This document shows positions 49,629 to 62,816 of a stretch of DNA of 64,000 nt, one piece after another. The notes beneath the pieces were generated by a model. The model had not been told where the DNA came from and made no database searches. It was given only the letters and a program-made list of their open reading frames with translations. The translations under genes and the position numbers were made by a program. The DNA comes from Blasia pusilla (Eukaryota), in assembly GCA_050084515.1 (NCBI GenBank), contig CM114271.1, forward strand, positions 47,802,001 to 47,866,000. Direction: 5' to 3'. Numbering within the stretch: position 1 is the first letter of the stretch; each line of letters opens with the position of its first letter.

Positions 49629-52600
49629 TGTCGTGCCCATACACATCGCTACACAACATACATCGTTGTTACCAAATACACACATAAATACGTATAATCC
49701 CATGCTAACTCATGGCACCCAAACAACGAGTGGAGAAGTACCAAAATATCTCCAATAAATCAAGTAGATCCAATCTCTCTCAACACCATAGCTCTCAAAT
49801 GTGTGCACTCTCTCTCAATGTCAAACCAAACTTTCTCTCCTAATGAGAGGCTTGGGTTACATTCATAAGGCAAAGGACCATAGCTTTGCCGCCTTATGCC
49901 AAGAGGTTCAACAAAGAGAGAATGAACTCTCAAGCTCTCTCTCCTTGAGGTATACCCCTCCCCTCTCCCAAGCTCTCTCCATGGTAACCTATGCTCCCAA
50001 ATCACCTCCTTGGCTCTTGACCTGATGTAGGAGATCAAGGGCCACTTCCCAAAATAAAAATTCGACCATATACTCAAAATGGTATTTTCCTAAAATAGTA
50101 AGTTTCTCAGTATGGCTCCAAATGAGCCGAAACGAAGGGGAAACCTGTGCTCTCAGGTTTTCTGGGGCCTCAGTAGGTCATCCTCAACCTCGTGAGCTGG
50201 TCCTCCAATACTCGCGAAGGCGTTCTACTAGATCTCATGGATCTATCCTAAAAGACGTGACAGATGTCGTGCGTATACACATCGCTACACAATATATATT
50301 GTTGTCACCGAACACACACACACAAACACGTACAATCCCATGCTAACTCATGGCATCCAAACAACGAGACAAGAAGTACCAAAATATCTCCAAGCGCCCC
50401 CTAGTTGGTGGTGAGGTCCCTCTAACTCCATATAACCATCTATTCCTACCTACCATGACAACATCTCTCGAACGCTAAAAGAAAAAAGGTCGAGTGCTCA
50501 TGTGGCCCTATGATTAGTCGCCTTCTTGTCATCCATGTCACAGACACAAGTTAGAATATAGAACTATCTACTCTGTTTACATTTGGGATACATCCATCGT
50601 CCCTGAGGAACTCAAGTGAGAGGTGGCGTCAAACATGCCATATGCCATCCTCTTGAACATCCATCACAAACTAGCATTATGGTTGTACCACGGGCGGAAC
50701 CACACAACATACATCGCAAGCCTGCATGAACTATTGGTAAGCTTGGATCAACTTTAGCGTCAATATTAGGAAGGTGACATGGCGCACAGTTACGCACATG
50801 ATCCTTCCATACCATACCATCACGTCCCTTCAATAAGAGAATACAAGATGGCAAATCTCACGAACCCTCAAGATAGTGCGTCGTGCAGTCACATCCAACA
50901 TTGTGGGTTTCATCTGCTCCAAGTAGACATAGTCTCCCTTATGAAACTTCTGGATAGTAGGTCGATAACCACCTCCCCAAATAATTGCATACCTCAACGT
51001 ATCCTGATGTTGTGCAATCGCCAAGTTCTCAAATGCCATCGGCATCACTCTCCAAAACAACTCAGCCCTCTGAGAACATGCTCGCATCCATACATTAGGA
51101 TCATCAAGGTTCAACACCTCACCAATATCTTGACAAATGGCCACAAGTAAATCTAGCTCTCGGCCATAAAGCAACAAGTACGGTGAGAAAGACGCTAAGG
51201 GTGCCTGATTGCTAAATGTGTATCCCATCACCCACCACGGCAAATGAAGGTCCCAATCTCCTATGTGACCTCTCTGCAAGCCATACTTGTGCAATCCTCT
51301 CTTCACCGTCTCCACAACCATCTCTGCTAGTCCATCCGCCTCAGGATGATCTCGCAAAGTGGTGCGGTGGTCGATTAGCGCTTGATCACACAAGGCTTGA
51401 AACTCCCCTAGAAACTCCGTACCTTGGTTTGTCAACACCTCAACTGGTGCGTCGTAATGACTCAACACTCGATCTAGGAAGGCATATGCTACTCCCTCAC
51501 TCACTTTTTGAGGAAATGCAACCAACTCTATCCATTTTGAGAAGTGCTCGACCATCACCAACACATAATGACTATGGCACTCCATCAAAGGTAAAGGTCT
51601 TGCAAAATAGGTCTTGCAAAATCCAAATTCCATCTATAACCTAAACCCATGATCGGAAGTGGATGCAAATATGGAGTTGAAGCATTGAACAATGCCCGGA
51701 CCCGATCACAAACCATGCACCTACAACAAACTATCAGACGTCAGTCTGCATACCTCATCATCAAAATTGTATCTAGAGCAAGCTCTACGTCCGCTTCACT
51801 CCAAAATGACCCAACTCCTCGTGGGCATGACGCACCCAACGTGCTCTTTGCGAAGGATGAAGCACTACACACACTCTACCATCCTCCCAAACTTGCAACA
51901 CATGTGTCCCCTCCCGACGGAACTTTCTGGCTCGTTGTAGGATCCGATCCCGCTCTCTAGCACCCATTGTGCTTGCAATGCTGCAATACGTAGGTACTCC
52001 AAGACCACTCCATCTTCATGAATATCTTGGCCATCTCTCATCTCCTCACTGGCCTCTGGATCTAAGGACTCTCCATCAGACCTCGCCATCGAAGTCTCAA
52101 CAATCTGGCTCTTCATAGCCAACAAGCCCAAATAGGCTGACGCGTGCCATCCTAGCACCAACTCCTCATCACTCTCACCATGCCAACGAGCTCCAGTCGT
52201 ATCTCGCTGACTCAGGCATGGGTTACGGCTCAAACCATCTTCATCCTGGTTGAGCATCCCAGGTCTTTGCACCACGTGGAAGTCATACTCTTGCAACAAA
52301 AGAGCCCACCTCGCAAGCTTCTATTTAAGCTTATCGGACTCCATCAACCTCTTAAGTGATTGATGATCAGTGATGATGGTAAAGGGATTGCCGAATAGAT
52401 AACACCTGAAATGTGCGACAGCCCACAATGCAGTAAAGCACTCACCCTCGTATGAGCTATACTTTGCCTCTTCATCATTTTTCGAGCGACTAGCATAAGC
52501 CACCACAAACTCTCTACCATCATCGTCATGTTGGGTGAGCACCGCTCCAAGCCCCAACATGCTCCAATCGGTATGAAACTGGAAAGGACGCCCCCTGATC

Positions 52601-53345
52601 GGTCTCCTCAATATGGGGGCGGACGTCAATCTGTCCATGAGCAGCTGAGATGCTCTCTCCTGCTCATCCCCACCTAGCCACTCCTAATCCACCTTGGTCA
52701 GCAAGGTTAGCGGCTTGGCAATCGAACTGAAACCCTTGACTTACCGTCAATAGAAGTTTTCCAATCCCATGAATGTATGAACTCGACTCACATTTGTAGG
52801 ATGTGGAATATATGAAATAGCCTCTACCTTCATCTGCTACACACCAAGGCCCCCTTGGATATATCGTATAACCCACGTACTCAATTTGATCGTAGAAGAA
52901 CTTGCACTTGCATAGATAAAGCTTCAGCCCATGTAAATGCAATTGTCCAAACACCTACTCTAGATGTCGCTCATGCTCCTCAACCATGGTGCTAAAGACT
53001 ACAATGTCATCAATATAACACCTAGCAAAATCCAGACCTTCCAAGATCCTATCCATTATCCAGTGAAACTCCTCCAAGGCATTCTTTAACCGAAATGGTA
53101 AGAACCGCCACTAGTACAAAAAATCCTTCCTGTGAGGATCGATGCCCCAAAATGCCGTCTTGTTCTTGTCCTCCAATCTGATAGGCAGCTAATGGTATTC
53201 GGCTTGAAGATCTAACGAACTGAAGACTTTTGCATGCCCAATAGCATCAAAGATCTCCTCAAGAGTGGGCATGGCATACCTATTAGACTTCCTCTGCTGA
53301 TTGATAGGTCGATAATCTCCACACATCCGCGTATCCATCTAGGGA
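49629..53345 (-). mobile_element. Family X copy 4 (3' half): RT, RNase H, integrase, PHD, B1 (50265-50392), TC, A2 (49757-50262), B2 (49629-49754)
   Basis: RMCGDYRPIN, FLPFRLKNA, CYIDDIVVFS, FHTDWSMLGLGAVL, HPEADGLAE, PHD; the B-A-B terminus is the reverse complement of 14765-15523. Confidence 0.93.
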
Positions 53346-55254
53346 TGTAACTTCGTCCAAAATCTCAAGACGAAGTTACACCCGAACAACTTGTTGACCC
53401 TCTATGTTGTCGACGTGATAGAACTCTACCTTCATCTAACTAAGATGTGATAGTTAAGTGAATCCCCACTACAAGCCCTCTTCTTCCACTATCTCCTTCA
53501 TTTCTTGGCCTTGATTTTTAGTCTCAAGCTCAAAAATCATGAAACTTTGTGAAATGATGTCCCCATACTTTTGCAACTTAGGGAGGAAAACAAATTCTCC
53601 AAATGTTCACATAGAGATTGAATTAAAAATGGAAGACCACAAATATCATCTTGGATTTGTAAGTACATTGTGGAATCAATATTAGACAATGAAAACTATC
53701 TACATGGGAGATTACATTATAAGGACCAAGCCCCCCAAGGTTCACTCCAATCCGTTGATGGAAACAAATTTTGCCTAGAGATGAATGAAAAAAATAAAAT
53801 AGTCCAAGTGAATTCCCATAAATGATCCTAAATGTAACAACATTCCCTTGAAATCGAGTGGAGGAGGGGATCACCGGAAACAAGCCCACAATATAGTAAT
53901 ATCAATATTTTATATATTTAATTAATGATATTTTCTTTAGAATTTCATAGGCCCTTGCAACTTTTGACCAAAGTATGAACTTTTTCCCCAATTTTGGAGG
54001 GTCTTGCTTACATTGACTTCATATTTTTAATTTCCCCCTCCCTTGTGTAAGTTCAACAAAATTCCAAAAAAAATCGGTTGGCAATTAAAAATACCCTTAT
54101 GTTTGATGTACGTTGCTGTCAAATTTTCCTTCAGTAACATCCCCTAGTTTTAAGAAGTACTTGAAAGTTTTCATGGGGCCAAAGATGAAGAATTAGTGAT
54201 ATGGACTACAGAAGCCAAGTCAATTCCGATTTACTAGATCTTCGGATGGCTTGCCCATCATGCACTACATGATGTTTGGTTTTGATAAGGAGTGATTGCA
54301 AAATGATCATGGACATGACGTGTTTTTATGTCATAAAATTACGGGAGTTCCTTTGATCCCTATTAGGAATCCAAAGCACTTACGGCCAACACCCTTGAAG
54401 GCATTTTCCGATGTCAAGAAAGGTGTTGCTTAGTACATTGAGTACTTTGATAACATGGGAAGAAAGTCTTCGGGAAACACAAATATGGAGTTCCAACAAC
54501 TAGCACAATAGTGAAGGTAGACAATTGAGGAATTGGACCGAATATTTCCTCATGGAAACCCTTAGGACAAGGTACAAAACATGCATAGAAATGAAGACTC
54601 TGGTACCAAAAATACGAGCAATTTGAGAGCCCCTGACATTGCTTCATCGTTCTCTGAGACATTGGAGAACTTTTGGCCTCTAACCAAGCAAAGTTGCACT
54701 CAAGTTCTTATTGTCTTTGGAGGTGTTCTTCAAAATCAGGATCCTGTGGGCCCACTAGATTTAGGCATAGAGTTGATTTGTTGTCAATGGAGGAAACAAA
54801 AGTTTAATTGGTAAATTTCAATGTTGGAGACTTTGTCATAATTAGACCAAGACAATAAAGAAATAAATATCCCATATGGATGGGAAAAGTTCTAGTTGGA
54901 GTTGGTGTAGATACTAATTTCAGAATTCAATATTGGTAGCCATTGAATACATTTGGACGAGGCAACATTGCCCCAACCAAGAAAATCAAAATTGGGATGT
55001 AAAGAAATAGGAGAAAATATAAGTGAAAAACGAATGTTATGTCCACATGACTCAGTGATAGCTTCCTTTGCAAATTCAACATATGTAGTGGAGGATGGAC
55101 TTATGAGTATCCCTACCGATGTGGCAAATTTTATAAAGTCTAGAATAACCTTTTGCGCTAACTGACTACTAGAAGATTGACTTCTTATTCAATTTATATG
55201 GGGCCTTTGAAGGTGGTTGAGACACTCGGATAACCTCTATCTTATGATTGATTG

Positions 55255-58200
55255 CCCTATGCCCTATCTCATTTGGAAGCTCATTCGTCAAGACATCACC
55301 AAACTCCTTTACTATACTCTGGAATACATAGTTCTAGGATTTCCCTCGAAGCTAAGTTGTGATCTCTATGTTTCTTGCTTGTAGTCTCCTCCACTTGTCT
55401 CATCAAGTAGACATCCCCATCTTCTACCTCGGTTAAACTCCTCTATGTAATAGCGTTCACCAACTCCTTTTTAAGAGGAACCTCACAAACTAACCTCACC
55501 TGCAATCGCTTGCCTTTCACTAAGACGCTCAACTTCAATTGTCTTCACCTCAGCTCCACCTCATACGCATCCAGAAATGTGTTCCCCAAGACTTTGTGGA
55601 TACCATCCATCTTGCACACAGTGAAATTCTCCTTCAACTCGAATACTACTCATCCAAAGGTTAGTCCCAAGACTAACTCTGAAGTCCGATGAGACTTGCC
55701 TCAACAAAGCCTACTCTGATAGGCTCGTCTATCTTAGTGGTTGACAAACCCAACTCCTTCACAATTCTTGGACTCAAGAAGGAAATCAAAGCACCTGTAT
55801 CAACGAGCAACATCATATCGCGATCAACAATCTTGGATCTTAGGTACACTAGCTAGGTTGGGCGTCCTCTTGGTGACTTACAGGGATGTCTCCAGACCTC
55901 CTGCCGACAAGTGCTTAGTAGCAAATGCAATGATACTCCCACTAATAACCTTTGGCTTTGAGCATCCATTTTCCATGTGCCAAGTTCACCACAATTGTAG
56001 CATATCACCTTTCCGTTTCCCATCTTCAGATGTTGCGCTCTCTTCGGCTTCGCATGGAGTTCCACTCGTTTTGATGCTAGGGTAAGAGACTCTCCTTGGT
56101 CACGCTCATCCCATTCTAGACCCTCTTGGATGCCCCCTTGTTTCTTGATAACTTAGAAAAACCTTTTGACTTGAAGGGTCTTTGGACTTGGATCTCATTG
56201 TCCCCTATCCGCTCCGTCAGCTTCAAAAGTTCTACGCACGTCTTTGCAATTGGTAGCTTTGGCATCTGGAAAAGGGCCTTTCTGCGCTAGGCTTAAGTCC
56301 ACTAAAGAAGATCACCTTCTTTGCAACTCATGCATCTTTGGAAGGGAGATTATTTACGCACTAAACTCCTGCACATAAGCGCTAAGGGACCCACTCTGCC
56401 ACAACCGTATGAACTCCACGCCATCACGAAACTCATGATACTCCGGAGGGAATCGATCGCCAATCAACACCTTGAAATCCTCCCAACTTAGAGTTGTTCC
56501 ATAACTTAGATGTTCTTTGCGATGAGTTGTCTACCACAAGAGTGTGTGATCTTGTAGGAACATGACTGCCACAGTCACCTTGTCTTGCTCTTGTGTCCTC
56601 TATGCCTCAAAGTAAAGTACCAGCTCTATCAAGAACTCGTTCACCTTCCAAGACCGCCCCAATATTAATATTCCTTATAGCGTTGGCAAATTTGTCTTAC
56701 AAAGCTTCTTGCCAGAGCTAGAAGCTCTATTTGACTTGAGCTCATCCATCCCCCTACTGTGTTGGGACATCTGGTCAATGAACAATTTCATCAAGTCCAT
56801 CATTTGGACATAGAGCGTTGGGTCACTTGAGTTTGGAGTCGAAGGCCATGCGGAAGGATTCGCATCTGGGACATGCTCACAACTAGAGCTCGGCACCTTG
56901 GGAGTCAGCGTCTCCTCCTCTAGCTCTTGGTCCGGCATTGGTTCATCTCTTGGCTTTTGTTGCTTGACTCAGCGCTTCTTGGTTCCTCGCCCTCGGTTGC
57001 CATCTTCAAGCGCTCGCCTCTTCAAATCTTCTCCTTGTCTCTTGCGTCCCTCCCAAAGCATCTAGGTCTCCCTAGTACCTTGAGTTCTCTTCAAACGTTC
57101 AGTTGCGCCTACGACCCTAATATCTCACTCACCAAGGATTAGCTCTCCTACCACGGGGTGTGCACCTACTCCTCTTGAATGTCAATCTTTAGTGTTACGG
57201 AAGTATACGTTCAGTAGGACACGCTCTCACTACTAATCTACACCCAAACACACTCACGTTAGTCCAGTCTAGGTCAATCAGCCTTCCAACCCACCGATTT
57301 CTCAACTCAGCACCTCATTAAGCTCAACCTTCCCTAGTTCCTAGTTTCCCAACACGGGCAAGTCTTCCAAGACTTGGGACACACTTTCTGGTTAGTCCAA
57401 GTACTTAAAATGGTGTTTCCGCACCTAACGTTCCCAAATGTCTAATGGACCTTGCATATCGTGCGCCTACTCTCCTTTAACGTAAATCTTAGTGTTGCAA
57501 AAGCGTACGTTCAGTAGGACACGCTCTCATCGCCAACCTGCACCCAAACGCACTCACGTTAGTCTGGATTTGGGTCAAGCGGCCTTCCAACCCACCGAGT
57601 CCTCAACTCTGCATCTCATCAAGCTCAACCTTCCCTCATTCTTAGGTTCCCAATACGGCAAGTCCTTCAAGACTTGGAACAGACTTTCTGGTTAGTCCAG
57701 GAACCTAAAATGGCACTTGCGCGCCTAGCGGTCCCAAACGGACCTCGTGCGAGTTCCTAACTGGGACCCAAGTAATTGAGTCGCGGGTTAGAATCCAAGA
57801 GGGATCTCTAAACTTCACCTCAATACACTTGGTTCAGGTTTTCAAGCCCAACTCCAAGCTCGCAATCCGTTCCATGCCCTTGAGCCGCCCCGTGGCGCCC
57901 AAAGTGGGGTTTGAGTCCCAAGCACCCTTACTAGTGCTTCTGAGGATCTCCACTAACCCCCCACCTTTGGAAAAGGATGGTCGGGCCCTTCATTGTGGCC
58001 CTCAACCCGACTCTTCTTACAGTCATTTTCGGGTCAACCGCTACTTGTGCGTTTGTAGAGATCTTTAGTGCATCTGAACCGGCTTTCCATAAGCTTTCCA
58101 ACACATTCTTATTCATTCCAAAAGCATCTTGGCACTAAACGTTATGGCCATAAATACAGTTGGAAACTCTCAAACGCTAGTGGCATCCCAAATCCGGATT

Positions 58201-59143
58201 CCTTCCTTTGGCAACCCACTTCCTAGACTTGACTCCTCTCAAGTCTTGATCCGCATTTGGTCCAGGTTTCTCAGTCATGACCAAAACATATGAAACGTGT
58301 ATTCTCGCTTGCGTGTCGTCTCTTGTCTCTTCTCCAAGACCACTCCAGCGCGCAAACCATTTTAGCATGAGCCCGCTAGTGTTCCGATGTTCCGCTTTGG
58401 CACTCGTTTGGTCATGAGGATCGCGCCATTGCATGAATCCCCAAACCCAGAACCCAACTAATTAAATGAGTCATGGGTTGGAATCCAATAAGGACATGTG
58501 AAATCCACTCTATTGCTTTTGAATCCCAACGCCAAAACTCCCGATCCATTCCGTGCCCTTGGGTCGCCCTATGGCGCCCCAAAGTGGCGTTCAAGTCCCA
58601 AGCACTCTTGGAGGCTTTCCCCCTCACTAGTACTTGTGGGAATCTTGGCCCTTCCCCTACCTTTGGGGAAGGGACACTCGGGCCCCTCTTTCTGGCCCTC
58701 AACCCAACTCCCCGTATAGTCGCTTTTGGCCAATATCTCAGCCTTTGCTCTTGCGTTTGCTAAGATCTTTGGTGCGTTGAAATCAAATTAGGATAAGCTT
58801 TTCAACGCCTTCTTACTTGTCCCAAACACATCTTGGGACTAAAATTTATGGTCCAAAATACAATCAAAACCCTAAATGCTAGTCACGTTCCAAATCCGGT
58901 TCTCCACTCTTTGGCAACCAACTTCCCTAGACTCGAATCCTCTCAAGTGCTGGCTCACGTTTGGTCTAGGTTTCCTAGTTACGACCATAAACGCATGAAA
59001 CGCTCAACCTTGTTTGCGTATCATCTCTTGTGTCTCTTGCGTCTCTTTCAAGAGACCACTCCAACGCGCAAACCATCCTAGTGTGAGCCCGCTAGAGTTC
59101 GGATGTTTCACTTGGTGGTCGTTTGGTTATGAGGGTCGTGACA
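55255..59143 (-). mobile_element. Gypsy G3 copy 2 (5' part) with an LTR expanded by two internal tandem duplications
   Basis: Minus strand starts TGTCACGACCCTCATAACC (59143), like 24453; gag SSSGKKLCKTNLPT, VICYNCGELG. Duplicated blocks ~57160-57450/57458-57740 and ~57860-58410/58530-59143. Confidence 0.88.
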
Positions 59144-59635
59144 CCAAGAGAGATACTTCAAATGCTCAAACATGAGAAAGATGGCTTATGAAAGCCCTCT
59201 CTCCATCTCTTCTACCTTGAAGTGGGAAAATCTCTTCTCCCAAAAATAGCCCTCCAAACTATAACCTATGTGCACAAGTAAGCGAGTACCCTTGACTCGA
59301 TCAATAGGTCATTTGACCGAAAATAGAAAAAGAGGAAAATTTTCAGAAATGACGCTTCGACGTAGCATACCTATCATCAACCTCATCCGACACCTCGAGG
59401 CGAAGTTACAGCCAAATAACCTACTGACGCTTTATGCCATCGAGGTGGTAGAACTCTATATGTCGACTAACTAAGAGCAATACCTCACAAAATGGAGGTA
59501 TTGCCCAAACCACAATCTCGATGTAACTAAAGTGTAGCCAACCTCATCCAACCACTAAAGACGAAGTTATGTCCAAAAAACCCATTGACTTCCTACATAG
59601 TAGAACTCTACTTATTGGCCAACTATGATATGACA
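59144..59635 (-). repeat. Diverged A'-type repeat of family Y with a duplicated 5' part
   Basis: Shares CGAAGTTACA...TAGAACTCTA...AACTAAGA blocks with 49250-49342 and 53370-53452; minus strand starts TGTCATATC. Confidence 0.6.
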
Positions 59636-61358
59636 ACTTCTCCACACTTCTCCGAATATTCAAATAATATTATTGGATCTGAATTGCACTAATGCCCACA
59701 TGTTGCTCATTTATGTCACCGTTATACTAGTATCATGCTTCCAAGTCGTTTGTGGATGCCAACATGTCTACAAGTTTCTTTCATCGAGTTTTCAAGGTAA
59801 AGTTAATTCTAACTCAATTTTTTCTATTTGGATTTCTCAAGCGTCTCATCTAACAACCTCAATATAGTCCTTACCCTGCAATATAGTTGTGTCTATTTCC
59901 CAAAAGTCTCAAGTAGTTTCTTGAAGGTCGTAGGAGATATACAACTACTATCATTTTTCTGCATTGTTGACAACCGTAGCTTCCAATTTCTAAAAATTCA
60001 ACAGGATGCTTGAATTTTTTAATTTTATGCATCGATATGAGGTAACAACAATTTGTTTCAAATAAGTTCCACTATTGGCATTTCATCCGAGGGATAACAG
60101 GGCGATAGAAAGAGGAAATGACACCGCATACACAATGCATTTATATATATATATATATATAATTATTATTATTGGAAAAATTTCTTTCCTTTTGCCACTT
60201 GCGTATTTATATCATTGAGATCCATCACTTTCGAAAGCATTAAAATCATTGAAAATTAATCTTAAATGGAACATAAAAATTACCTATGAAAATTATTTCA
60301 TACAATTCTATTTATACATTTGTCAGTAAATATATCTAAAAAAAAGCACTTGACGAAAACTCAGTCGATTTTCACGTAGAGGATGTTTAGGGTTCACTCG
60401 ATGTGTACAATAGAACTCACTGCGAAAAGTAATGTCTTCGATGTAATCACCAAGTGCGCAAATACCAGCCCCGACCACATCTCAATAGTGTGTCCATCAC
60501 ATAATACTCGGACCTGAACGGATGCCCTGTTGTGTTTCAAAGGGCGTTTCTAAGATGATGTGAAGATGAAAGTTATCTTTACGCGAGCCCAGATCTATGT
60601 ATCTACGAGGATGCATTCAAAATTCTGTAACACAAGCTTCAACACATTTGTGAATCTCTGTACATCCCACGAAAGTGCATCCCGCTCTAGAACACAGCAT
60701 CACAGAGGATTCGAGTTCCACGACGAGGGCTTGTGATAATTCCAACGACAATTGAGATTGAGAAGGTGTTTATGATCGATGATAGGTTTCACGAGTGCGG
60801 TGGACCAGATGGAGTGTAGGTCTGCCGCCGCCAAATCTCGATTCGGATTTGGGACTAAACTGTTATGGCTAGGCGATTGGAGATTTCGTGTTGGACGTGG
60901 ACGCTTCAATGAAAACTGATATTTACAAACGGGAATCATGCGCAGGACTGGGAGAATTAGGGTTCGATATGGTTGCGTCTCTGCGCCGTAGGTGTGGTTA
61001 GTAGCCAAAGAGCTTCTAATTGATACGCTCCAAAAGGAAACCCTCATAAGTTATCTACTACTCTTCCACAGTCAAACCTTCGAAACAGGATTCATGGACC
61101 CTCCAGGAAGAGCGATTCGCAGGATTCCAGCCAACGGCGGACCAGAGGAATTGTTCCTCTCTGAACTTTAAGTTCGTAGCATGTAAGAGTAAGGGCAGTA
61201 GGAGAATTTATAGGCTTCTGATGCATCTCAGAGTCTACCATTAAGACGCGCATCTGAGAGCTGCACTAGCTCTTTGAGCAGCATTGAAAATTCTCGTGAA
61301 GGTGTTTGTTACGAACCGATTTTGACAGGCAGATTAGTTCGATCCTCATCTGATCACC

Positions 61359-62816
61359 TCATTCATCCGAGTCATAGAGTCTCTTGAGAGCAACCTTAGC
61401 TCTGAGAACTTGAGACCGCATGGTGGGTGAAAGAGCTGGATCTGCAAGATAATCATCGTAAGATTGCATTCGTTCAGCATACTCCTCTTGCGGTGAATCC
61501 ACGGCATCCGAGTCCGGGTACTTCGCAGCTGTGATTATCTTCTTCACATGAGAAGGCAGCTGAAGCTTTGGCTCATCATGCGAGGTCTCTGTACTTGATA
61601 GGTGTCCATCCGCACCTAAACCGCCGCAAGACTCCCGTTCCTTGCTGTGGAATGAGGCAGGTGCTGATCCAGGAAGTCCTTGGTCTGAAGAGCACGACTT
61701 GGAGGTGGCTACAGGATCGGAAAGCTGTCTATGACCATCTCCGCTTTCTAAACTCTCAGATGGCCTACCGACTGTATTAGATTCTCTAGCCACACCAGCG
61801 CCGGGAGCCTTTCTCTTCGAGGAAGACGATTCTTCCTGAAAGGGCTCTCTCGCTTCGTCCAACATACTAGAAGAGGAAAGAGGCGGTGGAACGCTCTCAC
61901 AAGATCGAATTAGATTAGGAAACTGACAATGATCGAGCTCTTCTTCCACCGCCGTGGAACAAGATGGATAAGTGTTGCACACGTCAGCGTCGCTCGCCTC
62001 TCCGGCCGCATTTACCTCAGCGTCTTCGTCCACACTCGAGTCCGAAAACCTATCTTCCCTTTCCAACGGATCGGATGGCGAAGAGTTTAAGACATGGTTC
62101 GAATCAGAACATTGCACAGAAATTGGAGGAGAATTCGATTCCAGGAATTTATCAGCATTGGGCTCAGCGCCCTGTGCCACGGGATTCATGGCACTTATAG
62201 TCACGAATGGCAGGGGCACTTCCCCTACCTCTGTGAAGAAGTAATCCTCCACATTAACCTCTGCTTTCTCAGAATCAAGCTCAAAACTCTGCACCATCGA
62301 CAGTGGAACTGTGGTGTTGCGAGACGTGAAGGCATCAGCTCTCGCGGCCGAATTGAAGTGGCAGTCCGGCTCCATAACCCACTCGAGATGATCCGAATGG
62401 GCTGGAGAAATCTTCTGTTTAGTATTCACTGTTTCAGATGCATCCCCTGCCTCATGCTCAACTTGGGGATTCAAAGTGTCCGCCAGAAACTCCCAGTTCT
62501 CCGATTCGGATCTCTCTGTCTTGACGCATACGTTTTCAACCATCTCTTCAGGTTTCACAGAACCCGTGTGTGTGACTGTCTCTGATTCAAGTGAATCCGG
62601 TCTCGGCCCCTCTTGTTCATTCCGTGAGTCATCGTCTGCTACCTTCTGTTCCACACGAGGGGCTTCATCATCGTCGTTGCTCTTGCGGAGACTCCGAGCG
62701 ATGAAGTATGCAGTTGCTGCCAAGGCACCCATGTATTGAATCTGCCTCCATGGACTTCCTTGCCCTTTAAGACCTCCCACCGCAGCAAGTGCGGCTGCTC
62801 CGATCCATCCCACCAT
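61359..62816 (-). CDS. Host gene, 485 aa, unknown function: N-terminal Gly/Ala hydrophobic segments, long acidic Ser/Glu-rich probably disordered body, short helical C-terminus
   Basis: Intact 1458-bp ORF with ATG and stop in non-repetitive DNA that retains CpG. The N-terminus MVGWIGAAALAAVGG...YMGALAATAYFIARSLRK suggests a membrane anchor. Confidence 0.8.
   Translation of the reverse strand: MVGWIGAAALAAVGGLKGQGSPWRQIQYMGALAATAYFIARSLRKSNDDDEAPRVEQKVADDDSRNEQEGPRPDSLESETVTHTGSVKPEEMVENVCVKTERSESENWEFLADTLNPQVEHEAGDASETVNTKQKISPAHSDHLEWVMEPDCHFNSAARADAFTSRNTTVPLSMVQSFELDSEKAEVNVEDYFFTEVGEVPLPFVTISAMNPVAQGAEPNADKFLESNSPPISVQCSDSNHVLNSSPSDPLEREDRFSDSSVDEDAEVNAAGEASDADVCNTYPSCSTAVEEELDHCQFPNLIRSCESVPPPLSSSSMLDEAREPFQEESSSSKRKAPGAGVARESNTVGRPSESLESGDGHRQLSDPVATSKSCSSDQGLPGSAPASFHSKERESCGGLGADGHLSSTETSHDEPKLQLPSHVKKIITAAKYPDSDAVDSPQEEYAERMQSYDDYLADPALSPTMRSQVLRAKVALKRLYDSDE

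Noticed and set aside
53460-55250. Possible decayed DNA-transposon coding relic (NVGDFVIIRP...YPIWMGKV near 54820-54940)
   Set aside because: Too fragmentary to assign without a profile search.
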